A stretch of 64,000 bases of DNA from a virus. Lineage: Duplodnaviria; Caudoviricetes. Position 1 is the stretch's first letter. Each line of letters opens with the position of its first letter. The stretch lies in the IMG/VR virus record IMGVR_UViG_3300018080_000180, positions 368-64,367 of that record; one strand, written 5' to 3'. A program made the position numbers and the translations under genes. The notes under the pieces were generated by a model. The model was given only the letters and a program-made list of their open reading frames with translations, was not told the DNA's origin and did not search any database. Below are positions 45,511 through 54,837 of the stretch, piece after piece.

Positions 45511-45795
45511 TTACACCCCTTGCGATGCGGTTAATAGACAATCGAATTCGAACTTCCTGTCAAACTTCACCGGCCCTTCCAGTGTTTCGAAAACCGACTG
45601 GCCGCCGGGAAGGAAATAGATCTGAATAAACTTGGTTATCGTAGGACAGGAGGGACAACGCAGTGTCATCTTTTTCCCGGGGTTGTTCTTCAGGGCCTCA
45701 ATACAGCAGTCCGGGATCCCTACGAGAAATCGGCTACAGGTGCCTTGGTCTCCACTACCTCTCAGTTTCTCGTTCTCGCACTCTATTCTTGGCAT
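45511..45795 (-). CDS. Cys-rich Zn-binding protein
   Basis: IEC...CSRFL...LRCPSC. Confidence 0.6.
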   Translation of the reverse strand: MPRIECENEKLRGSGDQGTCSRFLVGIPDCCIEALKNNPGKKMTLRCPSCPTITKFIQIYFLPGGQSVFETLEGPVKFDRKFEFDCLLTASQGV

Positions 45796-45799
45796 ACAT

Positions 45800-45834
45800 A
45801 AAAAAGCCCCGGCAGGGTTACCCCCGCCGAGACT
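45800..45834 (-). terminator. Intrinsic terminator in leader of head operon
   Basis: GTCTCGGCGGGG-GTAA-CCCTGCCGGGGC-TTTTTT. Confidence 0.75.
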
Positions 45835-45835
45835 T

Positions 45836-45911
45836 GGCGCAAAAGAGATGTGGAGCTGAGAACGAAAAATGGCGCATCAGGACGAAACCTTCCGGCTTCC
45901 CCTTTTGCGCC
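45836..45911 (-). ncRNA. Structured leader/sRNA
   Basis: 10-bp closing stem GGCGCAAAAG/CTTTTGCGCC, CU-rich interior. Confidence 0.45.
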
Positions 45912-45918
45912 TATAATC

Positions 45919-45947
45919 AGTATACGTATTTACTGGCCAAAAATCAA
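45919..45947 (-). promoter_or_regulatory. Promoter of head operon
   Basis: TTGATT-17-TATACT. Confidence 0.6.
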
Positions 45948-45966
45948 CCCAATTTTGCGAATTTAG

Positions 45967-46773
45967 CTAAAACGTGGTTTTTGACACTTCCTTGAGCTTC
46001 CGGTCCCACTTGGCTTTCCCCTCTGCATGGGCCTGCTCATAGACTGATTTCCGGCCAAAATCGGCCACACTCTTGAGGTGGACCATATCCGGGGAAATGG
46101 CCCCACTCCGGTAATATGACTGCATTTTATCGGGCTCGGGCTTGTTCCCCTTGACGTTGTACCGCTGGAACTTGTAGGCCCAGCCAATGTAGGTAGTGTC
46201 GAGCAGCGTGCCGGCCATGATCGGAACATTAACCTTGATCGCCCCATCGATCCCGGGCCACTCGACCATATTGAACAGAGACCTGTCGTCAACGATGTGC
46301 TCCGGAACCCCCTTGAACCAGTAGCCGCTCGGAGGGACGCCAACCTGCCCCGGCTGCATCTCCATCTTCTGGTCGTGGCAGTACCACCGCTTGCCGTTTG
46401 CAGGATACCAGAACGACAGGCAGATATGGGCAAACTTTTTCTGAGCACCGGAATAGTTGAACCCGCAGTACAGCATATTGCTTTTGTCAACATCGTTCAC
46501 GATGCCCTTGCTGAGCTTCATCCCCCAGCTGTCAAACGCTCTCACGATACGCTTCCAGTCTTCGCCATACCGCACGCAGATATCGAAATCGCCATCGGGA
46601 ATGATGCCATCATTTTTGACAATGCCAAACAGGCCTCCAAAAGATAGCCAGTATTGGACACCGGCAAACCCGAACACCTCGTTAATCATCTTGACGGTGC
46701 GCTCCAACATCGGACTCGGCTTTAGACAACCCATGTCATACCTCGCATTTCGTTTTCTTGAGAAGGTCGTCAA
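45967..46773 (-). CDS. LicD-family nucleotidyl/phospho-transferase
   Basis: YWLSFGGLFGIVKNDGIIPDGDFDI. Confidence 0.8.
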   Translation of the reverse strand: MTTFSRKRNARYDMGCLKPSPMLERTVKMINEVFGFAGVQYWLSFGGLFGIVKNDGIIPDGDFDICVRYGEDWKRIVRAFDSWGMKLSKGIVNDVDKSNMLYCGFNYSGAQKKFAHICLSFWYPANGKRWYCHDQKMEMQPGQVGVPPSGYWFKGVPEHIVDDRSLFNMVEWPGIDGAIKVNVPIMAGTLLDTTYIGWAYKFQRYNVKGNKPEPDKMQSYYRSGAISPDMVHLKSVADFGRKSVYEQAHAEGKAKWDRKLKEVSKTTF

Positions 46774-47446
46774 ACTCCTTCGTATTCAAAGGATCGATAC
46801 CGACGTACTCAAGGACAGTGTTAAAATAAAGTGGATCGCTTATCATCCTCTCGAACTTCGCCCTGAACACCCCAACATCTTTGTATTTCCGCGAGAGCTC
46901 CAGAGCCATTGGATACTCGTGAATGTACCTGACCCTCGGGGATGACATAGCAAAGAGGCGCCCGGAAGACGTGGACCAGCTGGCTCCCTTGCTCCACTTT
47001 CGGTGGATGCTGAGCACCCGGGCATTCGGGAAGATCTTGAGCCACTCGCCAAGGGTGATGCCGTTGCGTGGATCCTTCCAGCCCCACTGTCCCCCGATCG
47101 CCTCCCTTGCGGAGAACGTACACGCTGCCGCCGCTCTCATCTCAGCTGCATTGGAAAACCTTCCAAGGTCTCCACCGCTGCTCTTCATGATGCTGACGTA
47201 TTTATCCGCAAGCCTTGCCATGTTTCGGTGGGTAAGCTCGGTTCCCCACATTGCCTTCTGGATGCCAATGTTGATATCCTTCATGGCCTTTGATTCGTGC
47301 CACTTCCGGTCGTCCCTGTTGCCGGCGTCGAATCCAACGAACAGGCCGCAGAACCGCAACAGCTTCGTCGCATACGAAGTGCCACCACCGTGCATCCCGC
47401 AGATAATAATTGGGCTTGCTTTTTTGAAATTCATCATCACCCTCAT
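46736..47446 (-). CDS. Sulfotransferase family protein
   Basis: PIIICGMHGGGTS, WGWKDPR. Confidence 0.8.
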   Translation of the reverse strand: MRVMMNFKKASPIIICGMHGGGTSYATKLLRFCGLFVGFDAGNRDDRKWHESKAMKDINIGIQKAMWGTELTHRNMARLADKYVSIMKSSGGDLGRFSNAAEMRAAAACTFSAREAIGGQWGWKDPRNGITLGEWLKIFPNARVLSIHRKWSKGASWSTSSGRLFAMSSPRVRYIHEYPMALELSRKYKDVGVFRAKFERMISDPLYFNTVLEYVGIDPLNTKEFDDLLKKTKCEV

Positions 47447-48156
47447 TTGTGCCTGATTGTGTATCCGTTACCAGACTTGTCGTAAGCCTTGAACTTGCTG
47501 TGCAGCGGCTTCCCGGTGATGATCCGACCATCGAAAAGCTGCCACGCCCTGTAGTTAAGAACACCCATGTTTCCGTTGATGTGCGGTTTCACAGTACGCA
47601 GGTCGCTTACCATAACCTTCAACAGCCTGACCATGTCTGGGCGCCTCGCACCTATGATGCCGGCGTTAAGGGCCACACGATCATCGTAGTGCGTGTGGCC
47701 GTAGACCCTGCGCTGCTTCTTTCTGATGAATATTCCACGATCACCCTCCGATCCAACACACAGATACCCCGGCCTTATGAGCTTGAACGGGTCTCCGTAA
47801 AATTCAATGTCGAAAAGATCGCACAGGAAAATCTCCATCAAGCTCGGATTGCTCGTAATGTACTGAAGGAAGTGAATGTACCGCTGATCATTAAGAGACT
47901 GACCAGTCAGGTTCACCCGCTTAAATAATAGCCCACTGCCAGCACACCTGTTAATGAACTTGCTTGACAACTGGTCGTGGAATATGACAACAGGAAGCCT
48001 ATGCTTTGCTGCGGTCTCTACAAAGGTAGATATCAGCTGGTAGCTGTCTGGCGGAAATGTATGATCAGGCCTGTAATGCTTGCTTACGGGATCTCCGCCT
48101 CTGCGCGGCTGCGGATCCCTCGCGCCTGTGAAATACGTTGTCAGAATCGATCTCAT
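47443..48156 (-). CDS. GT-A fold glycosyltransferase-like protein
   Basis: FLCDLFDI...DPF, LNAGIIG. Confidence 0.65.
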   Translation of the reverse strand: MRSILTTYFTGARDPQPRRGGDPVSKHYRPDHTFPPDSYQLISTFVETAAKHRLPVVIFHDQLSSKFINRCAGSGLLFKRVNLTGQSLNDQRYIHFLQYITSNPSLMEIFLCDLFDIEFYGDPFKLIRPGYLCVGSEGDRGIFIRKKQRRVYGHTHYDDRVALNAGIIGARRPDMVRLLKVMVSDLRTVKPHINGNMGVLNYRAWQLFDGRIITGKPLHSKFKAYDKSGNGYTIRHK

Positions 48157-48883
48157 ATATCACCCTTCCGTTGTGCTTAACTCTCGTGTAGCCGCCCTTC
48201 CTCATCATCATGTCTATATAGCCAACACGCCTCGACAGCTGTTTATCGTAAAACTTACTGTTGGTATGACGATGCCCTATGAACGGAGTGTCCATCTGCG
48301 CAACACCAATACCAGCCTTCTTTGCCTTTGCAAAAAAGTCAAGGTGCTCTCCACCGCACTTCAGGTCGGCATCCCATCCACCCATCTTCCTGATCTTGGC
48401 AACGTCACCTACCCAGAAGTTGGGAATCATATCACAGTACGTAATGCCGCCGCCCTTGCGGTGGGCACCAGAGCGTCGATCGATCTCGGTCCCGTTGATC
48501 CGCAGGACTGTCGTATTCCAGTTGGTAGTCCTACCCTCTATCCTGCCGCCAAGAATATCGATATCATCGTGTCGCTCCAGAACATCAACCATCTCTCCAA
48601 ACGGGAACTGCCTGCGAAAGAAAAAATCATCGTCGAGCAGCATCATGTACTTCGACCTGACCACCTTAAGCATCATATTCCGCTTGGCCGACAGCCCAGA
48701 GTCAAACTTCATGTTGATCAGCCTGCCATTAGTAAGGTGCAGAACAGGCGGAAGTCGACCGTCATTGACCACGATGACAGGAATCGTCTTGGTTATCTCC
48801 CGAATAGACGCAACACAGCGAGCCAGAGCGTCGTTACGCTCGAATGCGGCTATACATATCGTAAGAGCTTCAGAGAGCCGCAT
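48065..48883 (-). CDS. GT2 glycosyltransferase (B4GALNT-like)
   Basis: AFER, VVNDG, FDSGLSAKRN, LLDDDF, CDMIPNF, WDADLK, EHLDFF. Confidence 0.85.
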   Translation of the reverse strand: MRLSEALTICIAAFERNDALARCVASIREITKTIPVIVVNDGRLPPVLHLTNGRLINMKFDSGLSAKRNMMLKVVRSKYMMLLDDDFFFRRQFPFGEMVDVLERHDDIDILGGRIEGRTTNWNTTVLRINGTEIDRRSGAHRKGGGITYCDMIPNFWVGDVAKIRKMGGWDADLKCGGEHLDFFAKAKKAGIGVAQMDTPFIGHRHTNSKFYDKQLSRRVGYIDMMMRKGGYTRVKHNGRVIYEIDSDNVFHRREGSAAAQRRRSRKQALQA

Positions 48884-49787
48884 GGATAGCCTTCCTTATT
48901 TCTGACATTCGGGCAATGTTGTCTGCGGCCGACCCGGTCTTACGCCCACCCTGTATTGTCCCCAGAGCATTAGCGTACACGGCATCGATGCCTTTTATCT
49001 TGTTGATCATGACGTAGTTATTCACACTGTTTGGCGTCAACCCGCTTGCACAAAACATGACAACCCTCAACGGGCGATTGGCAACCCTGAAAAGCACATT
49101 ATGCAGCGCCGAACCATGGCAGCCTATGATTACATCATGCTCGTTCACTGCTGCTATCTGCTGCTCTACGGTCTCCAGCTGGGGGTGCGATATCTTCGCA
49201 CCTATCGAGCACATGAACTCCTCGATCTGATCCTCACCATGGACCTTCCTCAGCCGGAGCGGCAGCTTACTCCTGCTGAGGTACAGGGGAGCCTTGCGCT
49301 TCCGGTACGGCCCCAGCTCCTTGGCTACACTCTCAAAGAATGCTGCATGGATGGGGTGACAGGACCGACGATTCTCGAACGATGGCAGCGCTATATGGGC
49401 CTTCTTGATGGTGGTCCTGCCTGTAGGTGCTTGAATCTTTGACAGGTGCTTCCGGGTCATTGGACTGATCTTCATGACGCGCAGGACGTTAGTCGAGATC
49501 CCCCGGCGTCCGATCACAAGACTCCTCGTTTCCCCGAAAGCCCATATCCTACTCGATCCCTCAGTGAGAAAATGGCCCCAGTGCGACAGGTCCATAGGAA
49601 TGAATACTGCATTGCTTACGTGGTTCGACAGACCTCTATACAAGCACGCCCGGGGAACCTTAATCTCACCATCTCCGCGAACGAACGTGGATTCCATGAT
49701 CAACCTGTCATTTGAGCTATAAAGGCGCGGAATCCCCTTACCCGGATAATAAACATCCCTTGCAGTGACGAAGCCCGGATTACCCAC
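48870..49787 (-). CDS. GT61 (DUF563) glycosyltransferase
   Basis: HWGHFLTE, LYLSR, QI....HDVIIGCHGSALHN; GTG start with GGAGG. Confidence 0.8.
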   Translation of the reverse strand: MGNPGFVTARDVYYPGKGIPRLYSSNDRLIMESTFVRGDGEIKVPRACLYRGLSNHVSNAVFIPMDLSHWGHFLTEGSSRIWAFGETRSLVIGRRGISTNVLRVMKISPMTRKHLSKIQAPTGRTTIKKAHIALPSFENRRSCHPIHAAFFESVAKELGPYRKRKAPLYLSRSKLPLRLRKVHGEDQIEEFMCSIGAKISHPQLETVEQQIAAVNEHDVIIGCHGSALHNVLFRVANRPLRVVMFCASGLTPNSVNNYVMINKIKGIDAVYANALGTIQGGRKTGSAADNIARMSEIRKAIHAAL

Positions 49788-50526
49788 GGAGTTGCCTCCG
49801 AATGAACCGGGAAACGGTGTCCACCTGATAGGGGATCTCGTGGTACTCTTCCCCAGCTTCTGCAACCATCCTCTTGAAGACTGGATGCTCCGATACGTGG
49901 TTCCATTGCCGATAGAACTCGGGCTTTATCATTGCTGACAGCCTCTTGAATATCACGGCGTCGCCCTTGTCCTTGCGTTTGCGGATCTCGCCGAGGTGGA
50001 TCCCGTGGTGGCGCACCTGCCCGGGAGAGTAGTTCCTGCTGACCTTCAGGCCGGACTCTTCGACCACGCTACGAATTGCCATCTCGTCGTCGTAGTGTCC
50101 GTGACCTATCTCGCCGGCAGCCAGCTTGTGCATGTACTTGCGCCGTGCATTGAGCGTCTTGGCGTACCACTGGGCATTGACAAAGTTGAGGCCACGCAGG
50201 CGCTTGTGGTGATCCCTGCATCGACCCATGATCGCGTTGCTGTAAGGAAGCCCGGACTGTTTCATCTCCCTGAGGTGGAACGACAGCAGGTCCACCGACT
50301 CCTCCATGACCATGATATCGATATCGGTGATCCACACATAGTCGTAGTTCCCGGTGACCGTTGCGAGGTGGCGGTACGATGCGGCAGCATACTTCGGCAT
50401 TCCATCGGGAGGAAGCATTATCTCTATCGTGTAGTTCGGATATGCTCGCTGAGCACAATACTTGAAAAGCGGAATGTATGCCTTGTACACTCCGCTCGCC
50501 GATGTAAGAATAGCTACCTTGGGCAC
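49780..50526 (-). CDS. GT-A fold glycosyltransferase-like protein
   Basis: YDYVWITDIDI DxD motif, YDDE; start uncertain. Confidence 0.65.
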   Translation of the reverse strand: MPKVAILTSASGVYKAYIPLFKYCAQRAYPNYTIEIMLPPDGMPKYAAASYRHLATVTGNYDYVWITDIDIMVMEESVDLLSFHLREMKQSGLPYSNAIMGRCRDHHKRLRGLNFVNAQWYAKTLNARRKYMHKLAAGEIGHGHYDDEMAIRSVVEESGLKVSRNYSPGQVRHHGIHLGEIRKRKDKGDAVIFKRLSAMIKPEFYRQWNHVSEHPVFKRMVAEAGEEYHEIPYQVDTVSRFIRRQLRG

Positions 50527-50533
50527 GGATCTT

Positions 50534-50698
50534 TTAAGCGCGAGATTTACGTCTCGCAGGCTTCCGCATTCCGCCCTTCTCGACACCCTTGATCGTCCCC
50601 TTGTTCTTTGAAGCGTAGAAGACTCTCTCGCCTTTCTTCGGGCCGTATTCCTTCTTCATGGACCCCATGATCTTCTTTCCCTTTTTGGTCATCGGCAT
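50534..50698 (-). CDS. Small basic conserved phage protein (54 aa) overlapping the sulfotransferase 3' end
   Basis: MPMTKKGKKIMGSMKKEYGPKKGERVFYASKNKGTIKGVE; GAGGAG SD. Confidence 0.75.
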   Translation of the reverse strand: MPMTKKGKKIMGSMKKEYGPKKGERVFYASKNKGTIKGVEKGGMRKPARRKSRA

Positions 50699-51314
50699 CG
50701 CCATTCTCCTCTGTTAAAAGCTTACGGGCTGCAGCTACCTTCGAACGGGAAACATTCTTGTAGGCTTCAAGGATATTCCCGGCCAAGGTGCCGGCGTCAG
50801 CCCCGTATATAAAATGCATTAAGCTGACAATAAAGAGCGCAGGCTTTTCAATGATAAAATTGTACTGGGCAATGAAATGATCGTCGGGCTTGTGTTCCTT
50901 CAGCCAGTTCGAATACATCATTGTCTTCAGACAATAGTTCTGCTTTGCGTTGTCCGGGTTAATAAGGCTGCTGAGGGCCGGAACACCCTTGCCCATAGTC
51001 ACCCTGCTCTCGACGGCCTCTTCAAGGTTACGGACGCACAGGATCGCCTTCCATACCCGCTCTGGCGGGGTTTTCTGCAGAGCCTGAGCAGATACCTTGA
51101 GAGCCTTTCCATCGTACTTGCCCTCCGGCAGGCCGCCCCTGTTCGTGCCATCGGGAAACTCATAGTACCCGAGGGGATTATACTGCTTGAACTCTGAGTT
51201 GCCGGCACAGAACTTCGAAGGAGCCACGGGGAACCCGAGCAGGTCCAGAGTCTGCATCATCATCGACGTCCCGGTCCTCGGTGCCCCGCATACGATCAAT
51301 GCGCCCTTAGCCAT
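50547..51314 (-). CDS. Sulfotransferase-like P-loop protein
   Basis: IVCGAPRTGTSMMMQTL, NPLGYYE. Confidence 0.8.
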   Translation of the reverse strand: MAKGALIVCGAPRTGTSMMMQTLDLLGFPVAPSKFCAGNSEFKQYNPLGYYEFPDGTNRGGLPEGKYDGKALKVSAQALQKTPPERVWKAILCVRNLEEAVESRVTMGKGVPALSSLINPDNAKQNYCLKTMMYSNWLKEHKPDDHFIAQYNFIIEKPALFIVSLMHFIYGADAGTLAGNILEAYKNVSRSKVAAARKLLTEENGDADDQKGKEDHGVHEEGIRPEERRESLLRFKEQGDDQGCREGRNAEACET

Positions 51315-51510
51315 ACACGGCCTCCTGTACTGCCTCTTTAAGATTACCTATCGGGAACAGGTTCCTGCTGATTGCATGCGCCAACCTCGGATCCTTCTTG
51401 CGAAGCTTCTCGATCAGGTCGCACTGCATCGGAACCGGCAGATTCTTCCAGTCTTTCACAGTCGCAGTCAGGCGCCTCACAAAACTCTCTGAGCTCTTCT
51501 TCGAGTTCAT
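51307..51510 (-). CDS. Hypothetical protein (67 aa)
   Basis: GGAGG SD, coupled. Confidence 0.6.
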   Translation of the reverse strand: MNSKKSSESFVRRLTATVKDWKNLPVPMQCDLIEKLRKKDPRLAHAISRNLFPIGNLKEAVQEAVYG

Positions 51511-51800
51511 TCGAAATCCTCCCCTCCTGCTGCGTCTGGATCAGGACCAAGCTGGCGAGCACTTTCCCTCTCGTGCAGCTCCTTTTCAATTTCCTCAGCC
51601 TCTCTTCTTGCGCGTTCACCCTTCTCCTCCTCTACGGCAGCCTCCACGATGCGCTTCAGATCAACCATCTCCTCGATTAATTTGACTTCGCGGAACCGTG
51701 GCTCGGCAAACTGGATAAAGTGCCTCAGTGCCCTGAGCATGTTGACAGGGTCAATTTCGTACTGCTTGCGACAGCCCTCAGCCCTTAACTTCACGTTCAA
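51507..51800 (-). CDS. Hypothetical protein (97 aa)
   Basis: GGAG SD, coupled. Confidence 0.55.
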   Translation of the reverse strand: MNVKLRAEGCRKQYEIDPVNMLRALRHFIQFAEPRFREVKLIEEMVDLKRIVEAAVEEEKGERARREAEEIEKELHERESARQLGPDPDAAGGEDFE

Positions 51801-52443
51801 TCGCTCCCTTCAGATCAGAAAACATCTTCTGCAGAAACCCGGGATCCTTCTGCTCGATGTCATCAAGGTCGAGCTTCAGCCCGTGGTTCTGCCAGAGTAT
51901 CGCACCCTTCTTCTCGATGAAGCCGCAGCCAAGCAGCAGCGCACGCCCCTCAGGGGAGCTCTGCTTCCAGCTGGAGACGATATACCGCACGTTGCCGTTG
52001 AATAAGGTCTTGGCAACATTCACCAGCTTCTTCATGCGGCCCTCTTTGCGATTCTTCGGGCGGGTCCACATATTGTGGATCTCCAGCACACAGTACGGCT
52101 TGATCGTCTTCGGCCGAACGAATACGGCGTTAAGGAACAGGGAGGCAACGATCGTCCCGTTGATGTAGTCGGTAATGTACAGTGGATCGCCCTGATGCGG
52201 CTCGATGAAGATGCCATTCTGGCTGGCGAGGGCCTTCTGGGTACTGGCCTGAATGAGCGGACACTTGTCTGGAAACCCGCCCTTGCTGTTGGCTTTCGTG
52301 ATGATGTCCTCGCCACCGTCGTCTGCCTTGGGGTGGCCACACACCAGCTTGTCGCTTGGCATCTCTGTGTAGTGCTCACATTTGCGACACTCGGTAATGA
52401 GCTTGTCGCCGTCGACTACCTTTACTTTGCCATGTACTCCCAT
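51778..52443 (-). CDS. Cys-rich domain + GNAT-like acetyltransferase
   Basis: CRKCEH..CGHP..CPL; EIHNMWTRPKNRKEGRM...GF. Confidence 0.55.
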   Translation of the reverse strand: MGVHGKVKVVDGDKLITECRKCEHYTEMPSDKLVCGHPKADDGGEDIITKANSKGGFPDKCPLIQASTQKALASQNGIFIEPHQGDPLYITDYINGTIVASLFLNAVFVRPKTIKPYCVLEIHNMWTRPKNRKEGRMKKLVNVAKTLFNGNVRYIVSSWKQSSPEGRALLLGCGFIEKKGAILWQNHGLKLDLDDIEQKDPGFLQKMFSDLKGAIEREVKG

Positions 52444-54464
52444 TCGCTCCTCCTCGGTGCTACGTTCATGCGGCCGCCGCGCATCTTCTCGCGCACCTTG
52501 ACCTTCCTCTGTGAATATGGTGGCAGCGGGGTCGGTGAGTCAAATTCACCAGCACCCCGGAGCTCGTTAACAACTATCGCAAGGGCTATACAGTGGGGGT
52601 AGCCGTCAGCCGGTATACGCCCATCATACTCCCAGCCACGATACTGCAGGTCAGTAGCTATGCAGTCGGTATGGACCACGACCCGATTCTCCACAAAGAG
52701 CTCACGGGCAAACATGATCGCCGCATTGATGTCGTACTGCTTGGCCTCGCGGATCCTCATTCTGCGCTTCCGCATCAGCTTTATGGTATTCTCCCCCTTG
52801 CTGAACATCTCGCTGTTTCCGAGGATCTTGGTTGTTTTGCTGAATCCCTTGCCAGCAGCAGCCCTAATCTGCCCTATGATTATCTCAGGCACCGGCCGAT
52901 CACTTCCAAACTCAGAAACGACAAACAGCTTCCGGCTGCGCTTCCCCCAGAAGAACCAGTTCCCATGGATCCCGGTGTCCTTCTGCTGAATGACCACACT
53001 GTAGAAGTTGAACATATCCGGCTCGACCTCAGTCCAGTCCAGATCGAAGTCCTTGAACAGCTCACCACTATACTGTGGCCAAACCGACTTCTGGCCAACG
53101 AGGAGCTTGTACGCCCCAGACACAGCGTCTATCTGGTCACGCTTGTTGAGCGGGAATGATCCAGCCTCAGCAAGAAACGCCCTGTTCCATTTACCCCTGA
53201 CAATGTATACGTGCCCCTGCTCTGCCTTGGCAGCCCATGTCTTTGCCCTGTCGATCTTACTTCCAGTCGGCCTGTCAGCGTGGAATTCGTACCCATGCAA
53301 GAGGGCTCTGTAATGATCCACAGACTCGATGCCGGCAGACCCGGGCTCCTGCTCTATACCTATCGGGGTATCATGACCGTCCATGGCAGCGTTCTGCTTG
53401 ACCTTGGCCTCAGTCTTTGCCGGCGTAAGTCTAAACCGCTCCATGTGGCGTATGTAGAGATCAGGACCATCGAGGCCGCACTTGGCCCCGGCCGTGTAGT
53501 CCGGGTCGTCGTCTTCCTTCTCGGGCTCAGTCCCAGCCTTGTCCCAGTACCTGATCCAGCGAATGCCGCCCGGAACCTCATTCTCCTCGATGATCTTGAA
53601 CCACAGAGGGTTGAGCATGCCGCCCTTGTAGCTGATATTCCAGTTACCGTTGAGAAGCCGCTCGCGGTCCACGGCAGCCATGGCCATGAGTGTCGACTTG
53701 TAAAAGGGGTCAGCTATCTTACCGAGCGGATTGTCGTCGATGGTTGATGGAATAAACGTAAGGCTCTTTGGTCCATTCCCTTCGCTGTCCTTCCAACTCT
53801 CTTCTACCCATACAATCTCATCATTTATCCGGGTAAAATACCGAAGAACCCCAGATCGCTCCTGTATGGGCAACCCGGTCTCGTCATCTATCCACCAATC
53901 AATAAGATCCCGAACCCACGAGTCTGCGTCGGGGTTTGTCGTGGCACGCATGTATGGCTTCGCGCCCTTGAACCCTGCCGGCGGACGATTGCGTGACATG
54001 AGATAAAAGAACTGACCTTCGGTGAAGTGGGTAAGCTCATCAAAGCCAATAAACACGTACTGTGCGCCCTGATGATCGAGCTTCGTTTTTTCGTGCTGCA
54101 TGTGGCTGAACTTTATAAAGCTGTCTGCCGGGAACTCCCACTTGAGAAAGTGACCAATAGGGGTGGCGCCGAGCTTCGAGTAGATCTGCGAGGACGTATC
54201 CCATAGACCGCCACCAGACGTGATCTGGGGTGAAGTGCGACGAAAGATAATGCCATTGTAGTTTGGAAGATGAGAATATCTGGCAGCATCAAGCAGGAGC
54301 CCGTAGCTCTTCCCGCCATAGGCAGCCCCACCATAGATAACTATGTCAGCGGGAGACGCAAGAAACTCTGACTGTGGCCCGGGCTGTGGCGACAGTACGT
54401 CAACCCCGCGCTTGGCCGCCTCTACGGCAGCCTCAGTCATCGATGCATCAAGGGGGGTTGGCAT
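52422..54464 (-). CDS. terL: Terminase large subunit with C-terminal extension
   Basis: PQPGPQ, YGGAAYGGKS, FDELTHF, ATTNP, RYWDKAGT, IEQEPGSAG, DQIDA. Confidence 0.95.
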   Translation of the reverse strand: MPTPLDASMTEAAVEAAKRGVDVLSPQPGPQSEFLASPADIVIYGGAAYGGKSYGLLLDAARYSHLPNYNGIIFRRTSPQITSGGGLWDTSSQIYSKLGATPIGHFLKWEFPADSFIKFSHMQHEKTKLDHQGAQYVFIGFDELTHFTEGQFFYLMSRNRPPAGFKGAKPYMRATTNPDADSWVRDLIDWWIDDETGLPIQERSGVLRYFTRINDEIVWVEESWKDSEGNGPKSLTFIPSTIDDNPLGKIADPFYKSTLMAMAAVDRERLLNGNWNISYKGGMLNPLWFKIIEENEVPGGIRWIRYWDKAGTEPEKEDDDPDYTAGAKCGLDGPDLYIRHMERFRLTPAKTEAKVKQNAAMDGHDTPIGIEQEPGSAGIESVDHYRALLHGYEFHADRPTGSKIDRAKTWAAKAEQGHVYIVRGKWNRAFLAEAGSFPLNKRDQIDAVSGAYKLLVGQKSVWPQYSGELFKDFDLDWTEVEPDMFNFYSVVIQQKDTGIHGNWFFWGKRSRKLFVVSEFGSDRPVPEIIIGQIRAAAGKGFSKTTKILGNSEMFSKGENTIKLMRKRRMRIREAKQYDINAAIMFARELFVENRVVVHTDCIATDLQYRGWEYDGRIPADGYPHCIALAIVVNELRGAGEFDSPTPLPPYSQRKVKVREKMRGGRMNVAPRRSEWEYMAK

Positions 54465-54471
54465 CCGAACT

Positions 54472-54663
54472 CTACCTGTTCCTCACGATGTCTTCTGAGA
54501 TGCTCCTCAGCTCATCAGCCTTGCGCTGAAAAGCAGACTCACCATAGGATAAGCTGTGTCCCTGCATGGACCGAGAAGCATTCTCTGCCCTCATCCCATC
54601 TACCTCAACCATTATGGCCGACGCCTCTATTTTGCGTGCGTATAACCAACCGATATCCGCCAT
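54472..54663 (-). CDS. Hypothetical protein (63 aa)
   Basis: EVDGMRAENASR..G.SLSYGE small phage family motif. Confidence 0.65.
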   Translation of the reverse strand: MADIGWLYARKIEASAIMVEVDGMRAENASRSMQGHSLSYGESAFQRKADELRSISEDIVRNR

Positions 54664-54666
54664 GAG

Positions 54667-54837
54667 CTACCCCCTCGCTATATCAAGAGCCGTGTTCATC
54701 CAGCGCTCTACGTCTTCTGTGTGCTGCTTCCTCATCGACTTGATCATACGATTCTGCATGATGATCACATCGATCAATTCCTGCCGGCTCATTTCCGTTT
54801 CCGGCTTGCCCATCCATGTGAACTGGGGGTGTTCCAT
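54667..54837 (-). CDS. Hypothetical protein (56 aa, MEHPQFTW)
   Basis: AGGAG SD. Confidence 0.5.
   Translation of the reverse strand: MEHPQFTWMGKPETEMSRQELIDVIIMQNRMIKSMRKQHTEDVERWMNTALDIARG

Noticed and set aside
45850-45895. Hammerhead ribozyme (GGACGAAAC) or c-di-GMP riboswitch (GGCGCAAA)
   Set aside because: No CUGANGA core on the same strand; GEMM P1/P2 layout absent
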